From: Sminthopsis crassicaudata
Taxonomy: Eukaryota
Assembly: GCF_048593235.1 (NCBI RefSeq)
Contig: NC_133619.1
Location: 40,252,454 to 40,316,453, forward strand
Length of the DNA stretch: 64,000 bases
Direction of reading: 5' to 3'
Shown here: one piece after another, positions 37,991 through 50,905 of the stretch
Position numbering within the stretch: the stretch's first letter is position 1
Layout: every line of letters begins with the position of its first letter
Position numbers and translations under genes: made by a program
Notes under the pieces: model-generated
What the model was told of the DNA's origin: nothing
Seen by the model: the letters and a program-made list of their open reading frames with translations, nothing else
The model's database searches: none

Positions 37991-38529
37991 AATGATATTT
38001 TTAACATGGTGAATTATTTTTAATAATACATTGATACAAAAATTAATTTTAAAAAAGCCAATGTGCTATATAAGTCATGAAATAACATTATGAAAATTTG
38101 AATTGGGAAAATTAGAACAAAAATAGTTTTCAAGGAATTGAAATGTAAGATAAGAGTCAAGGGCACCAGGCTACCCCTATATGGTTTGAATGTACAAGGC
38201 TTACATGAACTACATTTAGGGACACTGAATATTGTAGATGCATGGCCACTGGCAACTCTCTTATTCCCTTTGATTTTTCAGAGATAATTCATTGATTTAG
38301 TAATTATATATAATTCAAAGGTCTTTCTCTATGGAAAAAAAGATGTGCAAAAAAAAAGTCTCATTCTGTCTTGTCTTTCATCTGTTTTTGCTGTTAACAT
38401 TCTAAACAGTGGTCCTATCTCTGATATTCCTCTTCCAATTTTAGCTCTTTGTTTCTTTTAAAAAGAGGTTGTTGTTGTCTTAGAGTTATTCTTAGCATTA
38501 GCCTTCCCTTTACAAAACTTTTTTCTTTT

Positions 38530-38720
38530 ACTTTTTTAATAATAGATTTGTAATAGCTTTTTATTTTCAAAATAGATGCAAAGATAGTTTTCAACATTCA
38601 GCCTGCAAAACCTTGTTCCAAATTTTTCTCCCTCCCTTCTTCCCCAGTCCCTTCTCCTAGACAGCAAGTAATCCAATATAGGTTAAACATGTGCAATTCT
38701 TCTAAACATATTTCTACATC
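38530..38720 (-). mobile_element. L1 3' end with poly(A) signal
   Basis: Same family as 61850-62210; AATAAA on the - strand at 38560-38565, followed by an A-rich tail. Confidence 0.75.
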
Positions 38721-39577
38721 TAATGATTTTTTAAAAGTCTGTCAATTGGAGAATGACAGACCAAACTGTGTTACATAAATGAAGTATTACTGTGCTATAA
38801 GGAATTAGGAATATGAAGACGCATGAAACTGATGTTAAGTAAGGTAAGCAACTCAGAAAAACACTTTCTACAATTATAACAATGTAAATGGAAAGGAAAA
38901 AATGAAACTGACCATTGTGTACATAATTACACAAAATAACTAGGCCTTAGTTCCAAGAAAGCCATGGGAAAATATACCTCCTTCCCTTTTTTTTTTTTTT
39001 TTTTCAGAGTAGGGGATTATGGGGAATCATTATATATATCATAAGAAATGGCTGATTAGTTTTGCTAAACCTATTTTTTTCCATTTTGAAAAATTTTCAC
39101 AAAGTATAAACATATGTTTATGTGAACATGCATATGCATTTGACCAATGTTTTGTTCTTCATACATGCTTCCTAAATAACTGCCATATCTAGGGAATTGT
39201 ACATGGACCAAGATGCCATCCAACTTGTATATTGTTAAATTAAAATTTCAGAGCTGGGGGAATAACCCACAAATAATTTAAACCTGTAATTTAAATAGGA
39301 ACTATTTTGAATTCTGGATTCATTGACTTCTTGAATTAAAATGTCTGATATTAAAATGGTAGTTTTGTTTTTGGTTTTTTTTTGTGTGTGTGTATGTGTA
39401 TTTGTGTGTATAAGAATACTTTGATCATAACAAATGCTTCCTAAATACAATGCACTCTTGTAGTTGTATTCCTGTTAAGTGTCTGGAGAGAAAGATGAAC
39501 TATAATGAATTCCCTTCCATCTTTCAATTGCCCCTACCCAGCCCTCCTGCTTCTTCCCAGGAATCCTTTAGGCTTAC

Positions 39578-39666
39578 CTCCTCCTGGTGGAGAGGTTTTC
39601 TTCACTTTCACTCATCACCAATATTCTGCTGGACCCACCTTGACTGGCTTCATGCATCACTTCGAT
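39578..39666 (-). CDS. MCF2L2: MCF2L2 (Rho GEF) coding exon immediately before the DH domain, 89 nt, phase 0 to 2
   Basis: ttttttcaacttag|IEVMHEASQGGSSRILVMSESEENLSTRR(R)|gtaagc. The end matches the LSPRR(R) pre-DH junction of MCF2L2, and the position fits the known nesting of B3GNT5 antisense in the next intron. Confidence 0.82.
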
Positions 39667-41872
39667 CTAAGTTGAAAAAAATGTTGGTGAGATATTGTGT
39701 TCCTTAATTGAAATTTTTATAAAATAAAAAAAAAGTATCCTGAGTTTTTGACTTGTCATCATTTATGATCACATTATATCCTGTTTTACATTTCAGCCTC
39801 CATTTTTTTCTTTCTTGGTTTGCTCTTTCCTACTTTGTGGGGCTGGTGAATTTCAGAAACATGAACAAGTGATTTTTCTAAACCTATTACTCCAGAATTC
39901 CTTAAAGTATTGAAGGTAAGCATAAGAATAAGCTCTCTTTACTTTATAGACGACGCACTTTTAAATTTTGTTTTTATTCTTCATCGTTCCAGGAGACAAA
40001 TGAAAATAAATCAAAGCAACATAGAGATTCTGAAACCTTTCCATTCATTAAATAATATAAATTAATGATATTTTCTACTTGTTAAGCTACTAGTCCTCTG
40101 GTAAAATTTCATTTTGCTGAAATTAAGTATCATATCGTTTCTCTCATGGAATTAAAATTTGACAACTTCTTTGAAAATAATGACGGCTCACCCTAAAGAT
40201 GGGACCATAAGAAAGGGCTTATACTTCTGTAATAAGTATGCAGCAGGTATTAATGATAAAGGGTCAATATTTCAGTTCATTTTTCAAATTATAGATCCAT
40301 TACAAAAAGCAATGCCCATATTTTGTACAAGCTCTAGCATCTCCATACCTGTCCCCTAAATTTGTCACCAGTACCATTGAGAATGGGCTTCTTTCATTCC
40401 TATGAACAATGAAAATGTGTAACTCAAACTAGGATTGAAAAGATACTTGTATACCAAATAACTGGTCATAGTACAGGCTCCTGCCTTTTAAAAACTCAAA
40501 GCCAAATCACAATTATTAATCTCTTAAAACATTTGGTTCTCTAAAGATAGAAGTTCTCAACCTGAGATCCATTAATTTTATATATGTGTGTGTATGTATG
40601 TATATATTATATCTGTCTTTTGATGTAATTAACTTTCATTGGTGTCCTATATATTTCATTTTCTGCATTTAAAAGAATGATTATAAGAAGGGCTCCATAG
40701 GCTTTACCAGACCCCTGCCAACAGAGTCCAGAACAGAGAGGAGTTTAAGAACCCTTACTCTGAGAGGTAAAATCTTACTAAAAAAAATTGAAAGAAGTGT
40801 TTTCTTTTTCTAATCTAGTAATATTGAAATAAAGATTTTTTGGTACATGTTTTAATTCTCATTTGAAAAGTCAATTAAAGATATGGAGATATGCAGAGAT
40901 ATGCAGAAAAGGGGGGCATGTGATACAATTATGTAACAAAACTGACACAACAGATAGTCCAAGTGATTCCACAGATTCCAGGGCTCCACTACATCAGCGT
41001 ATCTGCTGTATCCAGGAGATTTATGGGAACTTTCGAGAAGGCTTGGTGCCAGATGACAATGCTTGGAAAGGCTGCAATTTGCATGGGTGGAGGGAGTGCC
41101 CCCACCAAGGAAATCAGATATGTTTTTGTTGCATGTCAAACACAGTCTGTATTTGAAAGTGTCTGAAACTTTTTTCTTATAATTACTGTGAACTAATTTT
41201 GTAATCTTATTACTTTATTGTGGGGTACTGAGCTGCTAAAGATATGTAAATAACCACAAATCCTTGTACACTGGGGATTCTTAACTTTTTCATCAATTTC
41301 TTGAGTAACCTGGTGAAACCTGTGGACCGCTTCTCAAAATAAAGTTTTTAAATGTGAGAAATAAAATACATAACATGTATTTTTAAATTTTTTTATTTAA
41401 AAGGAATCAAAGGCCCATCTTGGTAGTATGAACTTTTTAGTAGTTTTGCTCTATCACAGCAAGACTGTTGCCCTTGAAGAACTAAAGATGAGCACCCAGA
41501 AACAATAATGGAAAGGTATGAGAATGGTGTGAGCAGAATACGACATATACCTATCAAGGATCCAGCAAAACATAGCAAAAAATGTCACAAGAAAAGATGA
41601 AGAAGTCCTTTGGCAAGAGTAGAAGATATCAGGGGGACATCCTGAGGTTCCCTGGAAATCTTCAAGGGGCTGAGGAAAAGCAGGGAAGCCCTCTCACATG
41701 GCAGGGTGTGGGGGGCCCCTGAGGCAGCCCTTGCGGAAGAAGTCAGCTGAGAGTCATTCAGCATGGGAGACTGGGAAGGGTTGTGGTCTGCTGATCTGCG
41801 GAGAATTTCCAGTTATCTGAGGCTTTGCATCATACCCTGTCATTACCACAGAAGTGAGATGCCCATCCTGTG

Positions 41873-42012
41873 AAGTGATGCTTTTTGTTGCCATGGGCAC
41901 CCAAGGCAAGTGATGCTTTTTGTTGCCATGAGCACCCAATGCAAGTGATGCTTTCTGTTGCCATGGGCATCCAATGGAAATGATGCTTTTTGTTGCCAAG
42001 GGGACCCACTGG
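41873..42012. repeat. Minisatellite, 4 x 35 bp (AAGTGATGCTTTTTGTTGCCATGGGCACCCAAGGC)
   Basis: Units start at 41873, 41908, 41943 and 41978, each exactly 35 nt, with a few substitutions between them. Confidence 0.95.
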
Positions 42013-42929
42013 AATCAACCCCTCCAAGTCTTTTATTGGTCTATTTGAGAAGAACCTGGGAGTTATCCTGTAATTAGCTGCAAAACCTTTATTCCTTCTG
42101 GCTTCATTGATAGCAAGGTTTCAATACAGATATGCTGATAACAATACATGTATTATCTGGTTTGATATAACATGATTCCCTTCCTTTGAAAATATGTTAA
42201 TTCATTGCTCAGCAGACTAAGATCACATGAGAACTAATGTGATTCATGTTGGCTGTCACTGGGATAGTCCAAGAACTTAATCATTTTTAGGGGTATTACT
42301 TCCCTGCCTCATCCCCGCTCCCTACTTTGCCCATCTTCCCTGGATGCTGTGGATGGAAATAGAGTTACACTGCAGTGAAGATGGGGCTTTTTTAGCTTTT
42401 TTCCCAATTCTATTCATGGTTTGCCATGGACAAAAGGCTCATTTTTCTTAGTAGCTAGTCTTCTAGAGAGATAAGCACCTTTATTCTTGGCTCACCAGGT
42501 GCTGGGACACAGCTTGCCATCAGGCCCACATCAGATGCCTCCTGACTTTCCTGGGATCTTCCAGAACCTCCCTCTGGTCTGCTAGCAGAACCTCCCAAAA
42601 TTCATCCTGGGCCCCATTGATCCCCAATCACTGGATGATTTGATCCAATCAAATCCAAGTTTAACAAATATCGAGGCAGCTCCCATGCTAATTACTCACC
42701 CGATACATTTATTAAATACCTACTATGTGCCATATTATATGCTACTCCCCAATCTCATCTTCTTTTTTCCTAGGCTAAATATCCCCCACTTGTTTCAGTT
42801 GATTTGACATGAATTTGAAACTTTTGACCACTCTGGCTATTCTCTCGATGCCATTCAGCTCTTTCAGTCCTTCCCATTAAATTCCCACTATGGTCTGGGT
42901 CAAAAGGGGCAGATGGCAAAGCTGTAAGG

Positions 42930-43130
42930 TGTCTTCCTGTCCAGAGAGGACCAGGACATCACCGGCGATGAATGAACTTGTGTATGACTTGGATTTAAGT
43001 GTCAGAGTTGCACAAAGTCCCCAGCTCCCTTTCTCTTCCTGAGTCACCAAAGTCCAGGGACCTGAGAAAAGTGAAGGTAACTAGAGATGGCCTAGGAGGC
43101 AGCAGGTGTCCTTGCCATCTCTGATGTCTG
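42930..43130 (+). mobile_element. RTE-derived marsupial SINE (WALLSI/RTESINE-like); a similar fragment lies at 45440-45550
   Basis: GAGGACCAGGACATCA...TTGGATTTAAGTG...GCACAAAGTC...AGATGGCC motif string. Confidence 0.6.
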
Positions 43131-43139
43131 ATCAAGCTC

Positions 43140-46100
43140 TAAGCTCTCTGCAGCTCCTGCTTCAGCCAACTTTGTGGCGGTGTATGTGTAAAATGACTGT
43201 GTGTGGGGGGCAGACTTCAGGGGCTTTGAATGCCAAGCGCAGGGTTTTGTATTTGATCCTAGAGTCTATGGGGAGTTGCTGGAGTTTATTGAGAAGAGGG
43301 ATGACATGGCTAAACCTGTGCTTTAGAAAGGGTGGGTAATGGACTGAGGTACAGAATGACAAGGCAAGCAGACCAGCCATGGGGATTTTGCATGGTCTTA
43401 GAGTAATTAGGACCTGCACCAGGTGCTGACAGAGGCAAAAATTAACATATTGTACCATGTGCCACACCAAAAAATTCTTAAATCCCTCAAGTATCAGTCT
43501 GTGAACTAAATGTGAAAAGTCAAGCTGAGGGAGAAAGAATGAATACCAGATCAGATACTTTTCATATCTCTGCATAAGGGGGATTAATTATTAGCCAAAC
43601 AATAGAATCAATAACAAAAAGATAAAGCAGGTAATCACAATGACTTAAAATTAAAAAGTTTTGGGGGAAACAAAATTAATACAATTATGCTAAAGAGAAA
43701 AATAGTTGAATTTGGGGGAATAAATGGGTGAGGGAGTCCAATATCAAGTATCTTTACTCAGGTGCTGATAACGAAATTCTAGAGGGAGCAAATGAATATG
43801 TAAGACCAAAATGGGGTCCAAGCCTAAGGATAATCTATTTTTTAAGTGCCTTATAAAAGGCTGCTCCAAGTCACTATCACCAAGAGAAAGGCAAATCAGG
43901 ACCACTTTGAGGTTGCTCTTCACAAGCAGCAAATTATTGAAGATGAGAGATCAAAGACAGATGGGTGTATGAATGTTGCAGGGTTCTGGAAAGGGAGCCA
44001 TGGTTTTTAGAATTCATAGGGTAAGGAGGCAGAAGTTGTCACTGGCCCTGATAAAGGTGTCTCCCACTCAAAAGCAGATGGATGTCTAAGCTAGTGATGA
44101 GTGGGTGGGCTGGCTTGAGTGGAAATTGGAGAAATTGGAGAGAGCATACTGTGTGGTCACTTTCTATGGTGTTTTGGGATATACTGGGTACCCCCTGTCG
44201 GCTTCTTGTCTCAGGATGTCCTAAGTACTTAGAATCAGAGTTTCTGGATAGCTACACATCAGGGAACCCCTCCTGAGTCCCACAACATTGTCTTGGCTGT
44301 GTCTGCACTCAAGGAACCTAAAAGCCAAGGATGAATTCTCTAGGGTCCTGGGCTCCAAGAGCAGAGTCCACTTGGCCATTGGCTATTGTGCCAGTCAGAA
44401 ATTCCTCATGCTCTTCCCAAAGTGGCTCCTCAGCCTGTTTCTCACATTCAGTCTGGATCTTGCCAACTGATCTGGCCCAAGGTCAAGACCCTCCAAGGTG
44501 CCTCATGAGGAGTTCAGAGACTGGGCCCAAGCAGCATGGAGGCTGCCCAAGGGAGACTCTAAGATTTCCTTTATAGGAAGTATTTTTTCCAATGGACAGA
44601 GTGCTTTCTGTCATTAACTAGTCCTGAGAGCCTGACAAGTCACTTAATATCTCTAGGCTGCAAATTTCCTCATCTATAAAATGGGAATAATAATACCTGT
44701 TGCCCTACCTTGTGGTGTTGTTGTGAGGTTATAGAGACAAAATGTAAGAAAAGCCCCTTGTGAACTTCAAAATGTTATTTAAAGATCATTCTTACTCTCA
44801 TCACCATAGAGATCTATTCTGTATATTTTATCTCAAAATCTAAGGACATGAAAATAACACCTGATTGAGGAAGGACTGGGATGAAGAAGAAAGGACCTGG
44901 GAGCCTGATTCTCATCTCAGCTCTATAGCTGGTTTGATCTCTGAGTCAAGAAGATCATACTGCTCAAAGCCTTTGTTTCTCAGATGAAGAAATTAAGTTC
45001 CTTTCAGCTTTAAATCTATGATTCTGGGATCATAAATGTATGTGATCTGCTAATAATTTGTATTGTCATTCTCCTTATCTTCAGATCCAAATTCTCTATT
45101 TAATTTCAGTAGGGAACCTCAGAAGTTCAGGGTAAGACCAGGGGGGACTAAAAAGAGAACATTGTAAGTTCACAGCTTCAACTTTTGCCCCTACTATTTA
45201 AATGCCATAAATATCAAGCGTGTCTTTAAATACCCCAACACTAAATTGTGGACTTCTTCATGAATGAGAGCCAACAGCATGACTGAACATGGTAGTGGAG
45301 GGATCCTGGCGCAATTTTGTAGGGCAGTGGGGGTCAAGAGGCAAGAGGAGAAAGATCAAGTGAAGGTCCCTCTCTTCCCTAAGGGGGAGGGATGGCTGTG
45401 ATTTCTCTGTGTTTTCTGAGTTTTTATTGCTACTGTTGTTTGTCACTGATTCTCCAGGATATCAGGGAGGTGACGCTGTGACATTCAAGTGAATTGGATT
45501 TAAGTGAAGGAGGGCTGGGCAAGGTCACCTGCCTTACTTTTCCTTCTGGGTCTAATTTTGAAAGACTGAAGCAGAAAGATCTTTTCAAGAATGGAGCACA
45601 AAGCAAGATAACTGTATAAATATGTATACATATATTGGATTTAATATATTTTTTAAAACATATTTAACTTGTATTGGATTACCTGCCATCTAGGGGAAAC
45701 GGTAGGGGGAAGAAGGGGAAAATTTTAAAGAGAAGGTTTTGTAAGGGTCAATGTTGAAAAACTACCCATGAATATGTTTTGTAAATAAAAAGCTTTAATA
45801 AAATAAAAAAGGGGGAAAAAAAAGAATGGAACACAAATATTTGACAAAGACCAAGCGACCCAGAAACAAAGTAGTCAAAGTATTTTCTTAGATATTTTAG
45901 AAATTTTATTATTTAATTGAGTGACATGCATTAAAAACAATAGTAACAAATGGGGCTTTTTTCATTTTTGTTAAACTATTCTCTGTGATACGCTCCATTT
46001 CTGAAGGCACGTAGAATCAAAACAAGTGGTAAGAATCACAGTAAGGTCTAAGGTGTTTAAAAAAAAAAAAAACCAGACAAAAAAAACTGGTTTCTTTGCT

Positions 46101-47600
46101 ACTCCTTGCACAAGACACACCACTTCCTGACTTTGGACATTTTCACTGCTTGTCCCCTAGGTCTGGAATCCTCTCCCTTCTCAATTCCATGTCTAGGCTT
46201 TCTTGAAGTCCCAACTTCCACTTTCTACAAAAAGGCTTTCCCAACCTCCGTAAGACTAATGCTTCTTTTTTTTTCCCTATTGATGATTTTCAATATATCC
46301 TGTAGATTGCTTATCTCTAGCTTTCTCTCCCATTAGCCTTGAGCTCATTTGAAAATAAGGACAGTTTTTCTTTTGCCTCCTCAGCACTTAGTGGAGTGCC
46401 TGCCTCATAGTGGGTTAATGCTAAATGTCTAACTGAGGAGGCAAAGGAAGACCAAAATAGTTTCTGACCTCAGGAACACTCTATTGGGGAAGGTAACATG
46501 CAAACGACTATATATATCAGAGACCTGATAAATGGCAGAGAAAGGCACAAGTATTAAGGGAAATCAGGAAATGCTTCTTGCAGAAGGTGGCAATTTAACT
46601 GGGACTTGAAGGAAGCAGGATATGAGAAAGGAAAGTATTCCAGGATTAGGGGACAGCCAGTCAAAGAATGGAATATATGGGGTGGGGAGATAGATGGTAG
46701 GGACAGGAGGGAGAGGGACCGGAGGCATAAACTTGTACTGGGGCGAAGAAGCTGAACAAGATTGTGGTCTCTCGCCAACCAAGACAGGCTCCAGAATGAC
46801 AATTCAAGTGGAAGCATTGGCTGTTTTTGACAAACTATTTTTCCTACTTTATTTTTTGTTATTAGTTGTTGTCCTTCATTCTAGAAGAGGACCAAAATGA
46901 CATCTCTATGTTAGACTCGAGTTAAGTGTTATAAGGGATAGTTCTCGGAAAGGAAGAGGGGACATGGGATATGTTGGGAAGTGGAGTGATCTATAAACAA
47001 AAATAATAAATCAGCCTTTATTTATTTAGTCATTATTATATTTTTGTTTTGTTTTGCTGAGGTCAATAAATCAACTTTTAAATAGACTAAAGAGAAAAAT
47101 CTAATATGTTTTATTTTGGGGGGAGGGGGAAGAGTTTCTTTGCCACCTTTCTAAATCTTCTGATGGTTTGGAATTCAATTTCAATTCAATAAACATTTAT
47201 TAAGCACCTACCACCTGCCAGGTACTGTGTTAAGTACTAAGGATACAAAATATGTATGTATTATATTATAATTAATATAATACTACACACACACACACAC
47301 ACACACACGCAAACTAAGGATAAGAGAAAATACTGGAAGCTGAGCAATGGAGTGTCTTGTTCATGGAACAACCAGGGGTCAGTGTCACTGGTTCCAAGTG
47401 TGTGTGTCGGGGAGTCAGGTTTAAGGTGACTGAAAAAGCAGAAGGGGCTAGGTTGTGAAGAGCTTCGAATGCGAAACAGAGTATTTTGTATTTGTTCCTG
47501 GAGGTAACCAAACAGCTGTGGTGGAAGGGCTGACAGGATCAGATGCAGGCTTTAGGAAAATCTTGTGGATTTGATTGGAGTGGGAAGAGAAATGATCTAA
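43140..47600. mobile_element. Cluster of L2/MIR/L1 relics (L2 about 43140-43420, 46130-46680, 47180-47600; MIR about 44620-44760; L1 3' end about 45600-45830)
   Basis: Recognisable L2 tails (AATAAACATTTATTAAGCACCTAC), the MIR core (TTTCCTCATCTATAAAATGGGAATAATAATACC) and an L1 3' end. Confidence 0.6.
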
Positions 47601-48129
47601 ATATTTGAACAGGTAAATAGCCTTAGCCCAGAAATATGGCTCACACCATCAGATATATAATAGCAGACTTCTGGAAATGCCCTCCAATCTTCATAAAGGG
47701 GGGAAAACTAAAACTGGATAATCTGGCTTCTTTTTTAATGGGCTCATCTCCAAGCAAGTGTCCAGATTCTATGATGAGTCCTGTTTTCTGACTATAACTA
47801 GTGCCTTGAAGAGCACTTTTCTGGAATGGGCATGTGACCTCTGACCAAGGCCCCTCTAGATCCAACCACCAGGAGAGATTAGTTTTGGGTGAGTTCAGCA
47901 AAAGGGACCGGATATCAGGTTTTTAAGAGTCATAAAGCCTTAGAGTTAGAGCTGGACTGATCTTGGAAAGTGTTATGAATCCTTGTTTTAGAGCAGAGGA
48001 AATTGAAGGCTAGACAAATGGTGAAGGGTCTTGCCCAAGTAAGGAGCAGAGATTTGAATCTAGAGACTTTGACTCAAAATCCTGTCATTATAGATGTGGA
48101 GTAATAGATAGGGAGAAAGAGGGAAGGGG

Positions 48130-48264
48130 NNNNNNNNNNNNNNNNNNNNNNNNNNNNNNNNNNNNNNNNNNNNNNNNNNNNNNNNNNNNNNNNNNNNNNN
48201 NNNNNNNNNNNNNNNNNNNNNNNNNNNNNNNNNNNNNNNNNNNNNNNNNNNNNNNNNNNNNNNN
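48130..48264. other. Assembly gap (135 N)
   Basis: Direct reading of the sequence. Confidence 1.
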
Positions 48265-49596
48265 GAGTTTGGGAACAGGGGGAAGTGCTAAGATCATTGT
48301 GAGAGGGAATTCCTTACATAGATTAAATCACAAACCTAGAATCCTCCTCCCTCCCCCAGCCAACTCTTAAATCAATTTATCTTGGCCTAAGGAATCCCAG
48401 CATTTGGTCTGCTGAATAAGGATCCTATTGGTTATCCAAGAAGCATTTTGCTATAATAGAAAGACCATCCTATTTGAGGAACCCTCAGCTTCCAGTCCTT
48501 ACTTGTTAGTTGTGTGATCTTGGGCAAGACACTTTATCTCAGTTTCCTCACTTGTCAGAGAAACACTGGAGCCACTGAGTCCACCCTGTTCATGTTATTG
48601 ATGAGAAAACTAAGGAACATCTAAATGACTTGGCCAATGTCACATAGGCAAATGGAGCAAGGAAGGATTTGAATCCATGTCTTCTGACTCCTGAATCAGT
48701 TTTCTTTCCTCTCTATCAAGGGTTTTCTTTCCATCATGAAAGGTTCCGTGATCTTGGCCAATTAGAACCATGAAAGGATTGGGAGGGTTCTGATGATCTG
48801 TATTTCTGATGTGTTTGAGTTTCCCCACCTTGGGATAATGAGAAAGGCAGCCTGGTTGAAATGATGTTCTTAAGACATTTATCACTAAATTCTGGAATCC
48901 CTGAATTGGAAAGGAATTCATTAATCATCAAGCTGCACCCATGATCTTTCAAAGACTCCCTACCACTTAATCTGATGGTTTCATTTTGTTAAAATTTAGG
49001 CTTCAGGAATGTAATAAACAGAATAACTCAGGTCTTCGCCACAGTCATGATCCCTCCAGCGCAGTCTCCTGCCTCTGAGAGGGGAACTCAGATAGATATA
49101 TTGAGTTGTGTTGAAGAGTCCAATGTCCAATACTCAATAAAAAGGGTACTGAACATCATTCTGCATATCAATTAGGAAGCACTTATTAACTTACTATTAT
49201 TATTATCTCATGACGATCATACATTTTGGAAACTTTTTCCAGCTCCTAGAGTGGTCAGTTCCCAAAATGGTTCACTAATACCTGATGAACTACCTCATCA
49301 CCAACCTTCCTAGATCACTTTGCTAGATTCCTCCTTCCAAATTGGCATCAAATCATTAATGAACCATTCCTTTTCCTTTTTTCTTTCTACCTCCCCACTC
49401 TCTTTCATTCTACTTTGAGAAGCTTCTGTTTGTTATGTGTACCAGTAGTTCATGCAAATAAAGACTAATGAATGAATGTGAGGACAAAGGTTACTGACTC
49501 ATGGGCCTTCCCAGTATTCTTGATCAATACTGGAACAGTGACTATGAAAATTCAATTACATTCAATGTAGTTTATATTTATAACTAATTAATGCCC

Positions 49597-49601
<5 letters not shown>

Positions 49602-49639
<38 letters not shown>
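49602..49639. repeat. (GT)n microsatellite; (CA)n also at about 47286-47309
   Basis: Direct reading of the sequence. Confidence 0.95.
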
Positions 49640-49642
<3 letters not shown>

Positions 49643-50760
49643 GATTATAGAGATAAAAATACAAAAAAAGTCTCAGCTAGAGCTTAGCTTCTAAAACTGT
49701 GATTCACAACCCCATATAGAGTATTGTAACTAACTTGGGGGGTTGTGAAATTATGCTGTATTATCAGTAAATGTTTGATTTGTATGCCTATTTTACATAC
49801 CAATATACTCAGGGTCATGTAAAAAATTCTCAGGTGAAAAGGAATCACAAGTGGAAAAAGTTGAAGAAGCTCCATTATAGAATCAGGAGGAGCTGAATTC
49901 AAATGTGGCTTCAGACTTCCTAGCTGTGTGACCTCAGGTATGTCACTTAATCTCAATGATCTCCAAAAAAAGAATCTTACATTCTATTTATGAGCAAGAA
50001 GATGGAGAGTTTAGCAGTGGAAAATTATACAGTGCTTATGAATGGGGTGCTTCAGAAAAAAGTCAGAATTTGAAACAGCTCCTTAAGAAGTAGCAAAAGA
50101 ACATGATACACATGGTCTGGTTGCTCTATTAGGCAACAATAATAGGAGTCAATAATCTTTGCCCTTACATTCATCAGTTAATCTATATTTGCAGGGACTG
50201 CTGGCATACATAACAAACAGAAGCTTCTCAGAATAGAATGAAGGAGAGTGGGGAGATAGAAAAAAAGGGGAAATGGTTTGTTAATGATTTGGTGCCAGTT
50301 TAAATTTAATTTTTAAAAATTAATTTAAATTAATTTAATTTAAAAAATTGTGTTTCAATATAATTGATTTCCTTGGTAGTTCTACGTGTTTTATTGGGAT
50401 CAGTTGGGGCAACACTGGCAGAGGAGTGCTCCACACAATATGGCCACATCAAAGAAGGTGCTCTATGAACAAAGAATTGCAGTTGCCCAAAAGAAAAGCA
50501 AATTTAGAGACATCTCCATCCCCAATGTTCATGCTGCTGATAATCTGCCTCAATGATTAATTTAGCAAGATTCAGACTACAACAAAACACTTTTCATGTG
50601 TTTACTAATAAAGTATTCATTTTAGAAGCATAAGAAATGAAGAACTTCATATCTAACTTATTAGACTACTTTGAGATTATAAAATCAAAGATGCCTAATC
50701 TACTCCATTTAGAGAGTCATCAAAAAATTAGCACAGATCAGTGATAAGACCTTGGTCTAG

Positions 50761-50905
50761 GGGGCAGCTAGGTGGAGCAGTGGATAGAGCACCAGCCTTG
50801 AATTCAGGAGGACTCGAGTTCAAATCTGATCTCAGACACTTAACACTTCCTAGCTGTGTGACCCTGGGCAAGTCACTTAACCCCAGCCTCAGGGGGGGAA
50901 AAAAA
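50761..50905 (+). mobile_element. WSINE1-like SINE, full length, low divergence
   Basis: GGGGCAGCTAGGTGGAGCAGTGGATAGAGCACC...GAGTTCAAATC...CTAGCTGTGTGACCCTGGGCAAGTCACTTAACCCC followed by an A-rich tail. Confidence 0.92.

Noticed and set aside
41754-42027. ORFs MATKSI... across the 35-bp repeat; also a superficial CRISPR-like look
   Set aside because: A 35-nt unit shifts frame each copy and the units abut with no unique spacers. This is a eukaryotic minisatellite, neither coding nor CRISPR.
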